Part shown: positions 52,220-59,091 of the stretch, piece by piece | How the letters are laid out: every line of letters starts with the position of its first letter | Numbering within the stretch: position 1 is the stretch's first letter | Translations under genes and position numbers: made by a program | Source: Candidatus Eiseniibacteriota bacterium | Lineage (GTDB): Bacteria; Chloroflexota; Dormibacteria; Dormibacterales; Dormibacteraceae | DNA length: 59,091 nt | NCBI GenBank assembly: GCA_035601515.1 | Contig: DATNOD010000001.1 | Span: 1-59,091 of the forward strand | Reading direction: 5' to 3' | Notes under the pieces: generated by a model | Database searches by the model: none | Told to the model about the DNA's origin: nothing | What the model saw: the letters and a program-made list of their open reading frames with translations, nothing else

Positions 52220-53689
52220 TCATTTGCTTGGGCTTGGGCTGGGGGTCGGAGTGACGGCGGGTGCGTTGCAGGCGGTATTCGACGCAAGGCCAACCGTGGA
52301 CGCGGTCGGCGGCACGCTGCCTGTGATCACGATGCGGTAGCGGAAGCAACCACCGAGCAGCTGCCAGGAGTTCGACGCGGTCCAGTGGTGCAGGCTGACA
52401 CGGGCCGGCAGCGGCGGGTACTGCTGAAGAATGTCCGGCGTTGCGTCCGCGATGTTGGCAATCGGCGACGGCCTCGAGGAGTCGTACTGCCAGAGGTAGA
52501 CCTTGGTCAGCGGTCGGTTCGCGGCTGTGTCCGCAGCCGCCGGCAGCTTGGTCTCGTCCACCAGCGCGTCGACGAACGATTGCGGCCCGGTGTCGGGTTT
52601 GACGAGGGCGAGGCTCTGGTTCGATATCGGGGCGGACCAGTCGATGCCGACGACGTTGTTGCCTGTCAGATACCGACCGACAGGGGCGGCGCCGTCGGCG
52701 CCGCTGGCTGCATAGATCTCGATCTCGCCGTTGACGGCCAGCGCCAGCTGCTTCGCGTCTGGACTCCACGCGAGGCCATCAGCGTGAGGCAGCCTGGAGT
52801 TCACATGTCGCGGCGCCGCTGAGGGCACAGGGCTTGCGTGGGTGGGCGTAGCCGCCGGAGCCGCTGTCCCGCTGGTCACGGGTGAGGGCGAGGCAACCGG
52901 AGTCGCCACGTTGATGGGTTCGATGATGGGACCCTGGTCAGGCAGGGAGATAGCGGCCAGCGTGCCGTCGGCGCTGATCGCGATCGGTCCATCCTCAGGT
53001 CCCGGAGACAGGGGAAATGGATTCAGCACCGCCGCAGACGCGTTCAGCCAGTACCACGCGCCCGTTCCAACCACCCGGACGGCGATCAATCCATCAGGCC
53101 CAGGCGCAGCCCCTTCTGTGAAGAGCGCCGCCTGGGTGGGCGGCTTGGCGAGCACCTTCAACCCGGCCGATGGGCGCGTCAGATCGATGGCGTCGACCTC
53201 GTAGTTGGCGCAGCAGCCAGTGGTCAAAGCGAGGTATCGCGCATTCGCGACCAGGCCGAACGGGCCTTCGCTCTGGAGGTCTGCGGATGCCGCCAGCGGC
53301 TCGATCGTGCCGGCGAAGGGATCGGCGCGGAATAGCCAGTCATACGGAATCACTCCCGGTGGGGCGGTCCGGCTCTCGGCCGGCCTGTCGTCGTGGATCG
53401 TGAAGTAAAGAACCGGGTACGGCAGTCCTGGCGCCGGCGCCCACACCGGCCCGGACACGCGAAAGGCCCCGCCCGCTGGAAGCGGGGCCACGAGCGTCGA
53501 TTTGCCGGATGTGGGATCAAGCACGCCGACACCCTTGTCGCTGAGGTACGCGATCAGCCCTTTGGTCAACGCGCCTTGCACCGACGAAGGTGAGTGGGTC
53601 ACGACCGGCGCGCCTCCGCCGCACGCGCTCGCCAGGATGGTTGCCAGCGCGACGACCAAATCGAGGCGCTTGCCGAGGGAGAATCGCAT
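52220..53689 (-). CDS. Hypothetical lipoprotein (beta-propeller-like repeats)
   Basis: ATG 53689. Lipobox ILASAC. Large secreted Pro/Ala/Gly-rich beta protein. No confident family. Confidence 0.5.
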   Translation of the reverse strand: MRFSLGKRLDLVVALATILASACGGGAPVVTHSPSSVQGALTKGLIAYLSDKGVGVLDPTSGKSTLVAPLPAGGAFRVSGPVWAPAPGLPYPVLYFTIHDDRPAESRTAPPGVIPYDWLFRADPFAGTIEPLAASADLQSEGPFGLVANARYLALTTGCCANYEVDAIDLTRPSAGLKVLAKPPTQAALFTEGAAPGPDGLIAVRVVGTGAWYWLNASAAVLNPFPLSPGPEDGPIAISADGTLAAISLPDQGPIIEPINVATPVASPSPVTSGTAAPAATPTHASPVPSAAPRHVNSRLPHADGLAWSPDAKQLALAVNGEIEIYAASGADGAAPVGRYLTGNNVVGIDWSAPISNQSLALVKPDTGPQSFVDALVDETKLPAAADTAANRPLTKVYLWQYDSSRPSPIANIADATPDILQQYPPLPARVSLHHWTASNSWQLLGGCFRYRIVITGSVPPTASTVGLASNTACNAPAVTPTPSPSPSK

Positions 53690-53760
53690 GTGAATCGCCG
53701 ATGTTAACGGGCGCAACCGGTCTGTTGTTACCCGGCGCGAGGCGCGCGCGTTGCGTATTC

Positions 53761-54180
53761 ATGGTCAAGACCGCGCTGCTTGCCGCAGCCGCCGGGTTGC
53801 TGATTACCTCATGCGGCACCGTCCAAACCGGCATCGGGCCGGCTCCAAGCCCATCGACCGGGCCCGGGCTTGGCTTCGACGCGATGGTGACGGAGAAGGA
53901 CAAGGCCATCACCATTCACCTCGGCCAGAAGCTCGAGGTCGTGCTTCACGCGAATCCGGGGATGACCAACTGGAGCAACGTACGTTCGAGCGACACGTCG
54001 GTGCTGACCCCGATCGTGAACCCGGCCGCCACCGCGGTTCGTGGCGTGACCCTGGCGGCGTTTCAGGCCGAGGCGCGCGGCCAGGCCGTCATCACGGCCA
54101 GCGCGGGCGCGGACTGCTCGCCGGGTCAGGCCTGCCCGATGTACGCGATCCTCTACTCGGTAACGGTGACTGTTACCTAG
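53761..54180 (+). CDS. Small lipoprotein (possibly chagasin/inhibitor I42-like)
   Basis: ATG 53761. Lipobox LLITSC. LHANPGMTNWSNVRSSDTSVL is reminiscent of the I42 family. Weak. Confidence 0.45.
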   Translation: MVKTALLAAAAGLLITSCGTVQTGIGPAPSPSTGPGLGFDAMVTEKDKAITIHLGQKLEVVLHANPGMTNWSNVRSSDTSVLTPIVNPAATAVRGVTLAAFQAEARGQAVITASAGADCSPGQACPMYAILYSVTVTVT

Positions 54181-54601
54181 CCGCTGGCGGCGCGAAGCGC
54201 GGCCGCTATGGTCTCGAGCTCGGCTCGACCCGGCGGCGTCTCATAGCTCTTCGGAAAGGTCAGCCCGAAGCCGTCGCCCGCATAGCGGGGAATCACGTGG
54301 ATGTGGAAGTGGGGCACGTCCGGAAGGCGGCCTCGCCATCCATCACCAGCAGGTTGGCGCCCGCCGCTCCCAGAGTTTGCCGGGCAAGGGCCGCCATATG
54401 TCGCGCCACCCTGAAGGCCCGCATCGCGGCGGTCTCGTCGACGTCCTGCATGAGCACCGCGTGGGCCCGTGGCACGACGAGCATGTGGCCGTACGTGATC
54501 GGCTGGATGTCCATGAAGGCGACAACGCTGTCGTCCTGGTGGGTGAAGCTGGCGGGGGCTTCGCCCTTGACGATCGCGCAGAAGATGCAGTCGTCACTCA
54601 A
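54177..54601 (-). pseudogene. HIT (histidine triad) family hydrolase with a -1/+1 frameshift before the catalytic motif
   Basis: Frame A: (L)SDDCIFCAIVKGEAP...GANLLVMDGEAA, then FRTCPTSTST stop (54293). Frame B continues DVPHFHIHVIPRYAGDGFGL... to TAG 54177-54179. The shift lies within about 54318-54335. Confidence 0.6.
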
Positions 54602-54820
54602 TCTGATTGAGTGTCCGGCGCCGGAGGTCCGTCGCAGATTCGCGGCATCGACGGCCGGAGCCAAGGAGAGGGTGGCGCGAGGAGGAGCGCATCTTCAGAT
54701 GCGTGACGACGAAGCGCCGGGCCCCTCGACGCAGGCTTCAGCGCCGCAGGCGCCCGGCCGTCTAGGTCGCGAAGATGCACGGAACTTCGGTGCTGGACAC
54801 TCCAGAAGCTTAAGGGAGCG

Positions 54821-57250
54821 TTACTCGACTGGTGAAGGCGCTTCGGGCGCCGCGGGCTCGGGCGCGGGCGCGGCGTCGGAACCGTTCGTGTAGAGCGGTG
54901 CCTCGACATCGGTACCTGGTTCAACGCTCGCAGGCGTCTCTCCATTGCTGCCGGCTTCCAACGGGAGCCGCTGCCCACGGCGCCGCCTACGCGTGCGCCG
55001 GTCGCCGCGATGGGGTCTGGACAGCCGCTGCACCTGCGAGCGGATGCCGACGCGCTGGCACGCGGTGACCACGGCGCCGACCCCTGCGACCAGCCCGTCC
55101 TCTTTGCAGTGCTCAAACAGCGGCCCGAACAGCTCGGGCGCTCCACCGATCACGGTCTTCGAGTCGCCGACGATGACCAGCAGCTTCTTGGCGCGCGAGA
55201 TGGCCACATTGACGCGGTTGGGGTCGTTGAGGAAGCCGATGGCCGCGCGATCGTTCGAGCGGACGAGAGAAAGGATGACCGCGTCCGACTCGCGGCCTTC
55301 GAACGCGTCGACCGACTCGATGTCATCCGGCGGCACGATGCCCTTGAGAGATCCCTGCAGCCGGTTGACCTGTGAGTTGTACATCGCGATCACGGCCAGG
55401 TGCGCCTTGCGTACGCGCCTCCGGATGATCGAGGTGATGTCTTTGCAAAGCGCAACCTCGAACTCGTTGGCGACCGAGCGCTGCGCATCGCGGTATTCGT
55501 CCTGCGCACCCGTGTCGACCCATACGAGCTCTCGGTCGAACGGCCACGGCAGTGGCATTCGCGGATGCGGCGCCTCGTGGATGAGCTTGGCATCGTAAAA
55601 GAGATCGGAGACGACGCGACCGATCGGCTCGCGCATTCGGTACTGGCGCGGCAGCATGATCTTTGACGCGGGCGGGACTTTGTCCCAGATCCAGCCATAG
55701 AAGCTGTCGTCGCGCACGACCTCGTCGAGCGGCTGCTCGATCTTGAAGGTCGACGCCGCCTCCTCCATCACAGGCGGCAGCTGCTTGAGGTCGCCGATCA
55801 TCACCCAGCGCTTCGCGATCGGCATCAGCGCGAGCGCCTCGTTTGCGCGCACCTTGTTGGCCTCGTCGAGGATCAGCCAGTCGAACGTCTTGAATCGCAA
55901 ACGCGAGTCGATGGCCAGGCGGTTGCAAGTGCCGGCGACGAGGTTGTACGGCTCGAGGTCGTCACCCTCGACCAGCGTAGGTCGGAGCCTGCGGGGCACC
56001 TTACCGGGCTCGGCGATGCGCGCCTGCCGCACGTGCGAGAAGCCCAGCAAGCGTTCCTGGCCCGTGTCGACGGCGTCGTTGGAGTGAGAGGAGAGAAGGA
56101 TCGAGGCGCCGGGATTGCGGCCGAGGATCCGGCGGATCGATTCCACGATCGCGGTCGTCTTGCCGGTTCCGGGCGGTCCCTGGATGAGGTAGAGCTGGCC
56201 CGGGCGCATCCCCATCACGCGTGCGACGGCTTCGGCCTGCTCCTCGTTGGGGTCGGGCAGGTGGTGCGCCTTCTTGCCGTCTAGCGTGACGCGCGGCGGG
56301 CTGCCGAGCCAGCCGGTGTCCGCGAGCTCGGCCGCGAGCGCTCCGCTGCGAGGGCTGCCGATCTGCAGCTGGCGGATGACCGAGCGCTGGGCTTCGAACA
56401 TCTCCACGCTCGCGGTCGGCAGGACGATGCCTTCGTCCGGGAGCGGGTCATAGCGCCGGAAGCTCACCGACAGGTTGGAGCCCTGGATCCGGTCCAACGA
56501 CATGCCGCGGTACTCGGGGAATCCCGCCGAGCGGACGGTCAGCGAGTCGATGCCGCGGTAAATGCGGCCGTCGGCATCGTCGACAAGGTGGAGGATCGCG
56601 CGGACGTACTCGCCCCCTCGCATGTCCTCGCCGCACTCAGGGCAATGGATGCCGTTCGAGGTCGGGACCTCGGTCTCGCACTTCGGGCACTCGATCCACT
56701 GCTCGGTCGCCTCGTACCGGCGCACCGCGGCTTCGGCGAGCTTCTCGCGATAGTCGCGCAGGTGCTCGATGAAGCGAAGGGTCGAATCGAGGATGGGGAG
56801 CGTCTTCGCCTTCTCCCGGAGGACGATCGCGGTGAACCCCTCTAGGTCGCCGTCCCACTCCTTGACCAGCTGCAGCTCCTGGAAGCCGAGCCGGAGGCGG
56901 TTCTTCTCCATCTCGAACTCGCCGTCGAGGTCCTGCCAGTCGGTGATCTCCAGGGCGAGGCCCATCGGCGTGCGCCCCAGCCTCCCGGTGAGCAGTGACT
57001 GCCGGACCTGGCCGACGAACTCCAGCGGCTTTTCGGGCTTGATGATCGTGTAGATACCGTCGATGGTCCGCTGCTCTTCGAGGACCTGGCGGAGCAGCTC
57101 GGCGCCGCCGGCCGCTTCCAGGGCGGCGACCTTCGCCGCCGCGGGCGTGCCGGGACGGACGCGGATGCCGAGCCGGCCGGTCTGCACCTCTTCACCCGGA
57201 ATGTCCGGGTTCCAGAGCAAAAGGACGTCGCCGGGGTTGGGCGTGCTCAT
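54821..57250 (-). CDS. Upf1-like SF1B helicase (AAA_11/AAA_12) with ~330-aa unknown N-terminal domain containing a zinc ribbon
   Basis: GPPGTGKT, LILDEANKV, IGDLKQLPPV, LPRQYRM, VDAFEGRESDAVILSLVRSN, VNVAISRAKKLLVIVGD. CPKCETEVPTSNGIHCPEC (C-x2-C-x11-C-x2-C). Arg-rich then Pro/Ala/Glu-rich tail. Confidence 0.8.
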   Translation of the reverse strand: MSTPNPGDVLLLWNPDIPGEEVQTGRLGIRVRPGTPAAAKVAALEAAGGAELLRQVLEEQRTIDGIYTIIKPEKPLEFVGQVRQSLLTGRLGRTPMGLALEITDWQDLDGEFEMEKNRLRLGFQELQLVKEWDGDLEGFTAIVLREKAKTLPILDSTLRFIEHLRDYREKLAEAAVRRYEATEQWIECPKCETEVPTSNGIHCPECGEDMRGGEYVRAILHLVDDADGRIYRGIDSLTVRSAGFPEYRGMSLDRIQGSNLSVSFRRYDPLPDEGIVLPTASVEMFEAQRSVIRQLQIGSPRSGALAAELADTGWLGSPPRVTLDGKKAHHLPDPNEEQAEAVARVMGMRPGQLYLIQGPPGTGKTTAIVESIRRILGRNPGASILLSSHSNDAVDTGQERLLGFSHVRQARIAEPGKVPRRLRPTLVEGDDLEPYNLVAGTCNRLAIDSRLRFKTFDWLILDEANKVRANEALALMPIAKRWVMIGDLKQLPPVMEEAASTFKIEQPLDEVVRDDSFYGWIWDKVPPASKIMLPRQYRMREPIGRVVSDLFYDAKLIHEAPHPRMPLPWPFDRELVWVDTGAQDEYRDAQRSVANEFEVALCKDITSIIRRRVRKAHLAVIAMYNSQVNRLQGSLKGIVPPDDIESVDAFEGRESDAVILSLVRSNDRAAIGFLNDPNRVNVAISRAKKLLVIVGDSKTVIGGAPELFGPLFEHCKEDGLVAGVGAVVTACQRVGIRSQVQRLSRPHRGDRRTRRRRRGQRLPLEAGSNGETPASVEPGTDVEAPLYTNGSDAAPAPEPAAPEAPSPVE

Positions 57251-57398
57251 ATCAAGAAGACCTAAGGGTCGATGCGCGGGTGGGACATGAAAATGGGATC
57301 AACTGAGTTCAAAAAGTGGGTCCCCAGGCGGGACCTAGCACCCCAATGGGCAAGGTCTACGTTAGCACATAGCTCGCGTATTGCACTATTGACGCGCG

Positions 57399-58847
57399 GT
57401 GTGGAAGAACCGGCTCAAGCCGTACGACATCCTCAGCCCGGACGATGTCGAGGCGATCCACGGCCAGGCCATGGACATCCTGGAGGAGATCGGAATCGAC
57501 TTCCTCCACGAGCGGGCCCGGGAGGTCTTCGGAAAAGCCGGGATGAAGGTCGACGAAATGCGCGTCCGGTTCGACCGCGACTTCATTTTGGAGACCGTTG
57601 CCAAGACTCCCGCCACCTTCGAGCTCCAGGCCCGCAAGGATTCGCGGTCGGTAGTGCTCGGCGGCGACAACGTGGTCACCGCCCCGGTATATGGGCCGCC
57701 GTTCATAACCGACCTCGAGCGGGGTCGCCGAGGAGCCACCATCGAGGACTTCAACAACTTCGACAAGATGGCGCAGGCGATCGATCAGATCCATTGCGCC
57801 GGCGGCACGACGGTCGAGCCGGAGGACCTGCCGCTGGGGTCGCGGCACCTCGACATGGTGTATTCCCACATCCGGTGGACCGATAAACCATTCATGGGCA
57901 GCGTCATCTCGTCTGAGAACGCTCGCGACACCATCGAGATGGCCTCGATCGTTTTCGGCGGGCGGGAAAAGATCGAGAAGACTCCCGCGGTGATCAGCCT
58001 CATCAACGTCAACAGCCCGCTCCGATACGACGACCGCATGCTGGGGGCGCTGCTCGAGTACTCGGAAGCCGGCCAGCCGGTGATCGTCACCCCCTTCTTG
58101 ATGGCGGGCGCGATGTCGCCGATGGGGCTTGCGGGGACGCTTGCCCAGCAGACCGCGGAGGCGCTGGCGGGCATCGCGCTGGTTCAGCTCATCCGGCCCG
58201 GCACGCCGAGCGTGTACGGGTCGTTTCTCACCAACACCGACATGCAGTCGGGCAGCCCGGCGTTCGGAACGCCGGAGTCTTCGATGGGGATTCTCGCGAG
58301 CGCGCAGATGGCGCGCCACTACAACCTTCCTTTCCGTGGGGGCGGCGCGCTCACATCCTCGAAGGCGCCCGACGCGCAGGCCGCGTACGAATCGATGATG
58401 TGCATGTGGCCGACCATCCTCGGCCGCGTCAACTTCGTGCTGCACGCTGCGGGCTGGCTGGAGAGCGCGCTGCTCGCGTCCTACGAGAAATTCATCATCG
58501 ACGTCGAGGTCCTGCGGATGTTCGAGTGGATCTTGACTCGGGGCTTGCCGGTCGACGAAGAGGGCATGGCGATGGATGCGCTGCGCGAGGTCGGCCCCGG
58601 TGGGCACTTCCTGGGCGCCGAGCACACGCTGCGCAACTACCGCACGGGCTTCTACCGCCCGTGGATCTCGTCGACCGAGAACTTCGACCGCTGGAATCGT
58701 TTCGGCGCGCGAACCACGGACATGGTCGCGGCCGAGAAATGGAAGCAGTTGCTGGCGGAATATCCAGACCCCGGAATCGAACCTGGCGTCGACGAGCAGC
58801 TGCGCGAGTTCATCGCCAGGCGCAAACAGGAGCTCGGCGACGGCTGA
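57399..58847 (+). CDS. MttB superfamily methyltransferase, non-pyrrolysine type (quaternary amine:corrinoid methyltransferase-like)
   Basis: 482-aa uninterrupted ORF (no in-frame TAG). ILSPDDVEAIHGQAMDILEEIGIDF...NVNSPLRYD...FLGAEHT pattern of the trimethylamine methyltransferase family. GTG start. Confidence 0.75.
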   Translation: MWKNRLKPYDILSPDDVEAIHGQAMDILEEIGIDFLHERAREVFGKAGMKVDEMRVRFDRDFILETVAKTPATFELQARKDSRSVVLGGDNVVTAPVYGPPFITDLERGRRGATIEDFNNFDKMAQAIDQIHCAGGTTVEPEDLPLGSRHLDMVYSHIRWTDKPFMGSVISSENARDTIEMASIVFGGREKIEKTPAVISLINVNSPLRYDDRMLGALLEYSEAGQPVIVTPFLMAGAMSPMGLAGTLAQQTAEALAGIALVQLIRPGTPSVYGSFLTNTDMQSGSPAFGTPESSMGILASAQMARHYNLPFRGGGALTSSKAPDAQAAYESMMCMWPTILGRVNFVLHAAGWLESALLASYEKFIIDVEVLRMFEWILTRGLPVDEEGMAMDALREVGPGGHFLGAEHTLRNYRTGFYRPWISSTENFDRWNRFGARTTDMVAAEKWKQLLAEYPDPGIEPGVDEQLREFIARRKQELGDG

Positions 58848-58878
58848 GCGGCAGGCGCGGGCTCGCCTCGATTACCTT

Positions 58879-59091
58879 TTGACCGAGATTGCCTCCGAGG
58901 CACCCGCGCCCGCGAGCGGTTCGGCGGCGGCGGCCGTGGTCGCGACCGCGGCGGCCCTGTTGCAGAAGGTGGCGAAGCTCTCGGGCAAGCAGTGGCCCGA
59001 GGCCGCCGAGATGCATGGGCGCGCCGAGCGCCTGCGCCTCCACGGAGAGGAGCTCATCGAGCGTGACTCGACGGCGTTTCTCGAGTACGTC
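58879..59091 (+). CDS. Cyclodeaminase/cyclohydrolase family protein (FTCD C-terminal-like; methenyl-THF cyclohydrolase-type), 3' end outside window
   Basis: LTEIASEAPAPASGSAAAAVVATAAALLQKVAKLSGK matches the family N-terminal signature (S..PAPGGGSAAA). The frame is open back to about 58843. First canonical start is TTG 58879. Confidence 0.55.
   Translation, partial: MTEIASEAPAPASGSAAAAVVATAAALLQKVAKLSGKQWPEAAEMHGRAERLRLHGEELIERDSTAFLEYV

Noticed and set aside
51467-52822. 451-aa plus-strand ORF spanning the acyl-CoA ligase and lipoprotein genes on the opposite strand
   Set aside because: Crosses an intergenic boundary of two well-supported minus-strand genes. Composition is Arg/Gly/Val-rich with no recognisable domain.
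57357-58625. 422-aa minus-strand ORF antisense to the MttB-family gene
   Set aside because: Shadow ORF. Arg/Asp/His-rich nonsense composition, whereas the plus-strand frame carries clear MttB-family blocks.
57399-58847. Pyrrolysine (in-frame TAG) decoding in the MttB-family gene
   Set aside because: The reading frame is continuous from GTG 57399 to TGA 58847 with no internal amber codon, and no pyl genes are visible.

Overview
High-GC bacterial chromosomal segment. GTG/TTG starts, 1-4 nt start/stop overlaps and apparently leaderless genes suggest an Actinomycetota- or Chloroflexota-like lineage. No homology search was run: every product call rests on motifs read by eye from the supplied translations, and many start codons are uncertain. 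I support about 70 protein genes, one tRNA and two pseudogenes; I found no rRNA, CRISPR array or IS/transposase.

Layout:
- 1-5.7 kb: small regulator/cargo pairs (two ArsR+SRPBCC pairs, MarR with an SDR and a carotenoid-type membrane protein).
- 5.7-17.6 kb: accessory region, described below.
- 17.6-59 kb: mostly housekeeping or niche metabolism. This includes drug-efflux MFS pumps with PadR, an ECF sigma/ZAS anti-sigma pair in front of a four-component MacAB/YknWXYZ-like exporter, folB-larC-folD-folC, cobalamin adenosyltransferase, an osmoprotectant ABC importer, several GNATs, an acyl-CoA ligase, a large Upf1-like helicase with an unknown N-terminal domain, and a non-pyrrolysine MttB-family methyltransferase next to a cyclodeaminase/cyclohydrolase-type gene.

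Accessory region contents:
- a 955-aa cyclase-STAND-TPR-LuxR regulator.
- a decayed 5.2-kb island bounded by a perfect 47-bp direct repeat of the 3' half of tRNA-Lys(CUU).
- an orphan PrgI/VirB4-like pair on the other side of that tRNA. The ATPase carries an uncharacterised ~200-aa C-terminal extension.

Most interesting signals: the tRNA-bounded island with its internally duplicated ECF-regulated module, the orphan PrgI/VirB4 module, and the helicase followed by a frameshifted HIT gene.
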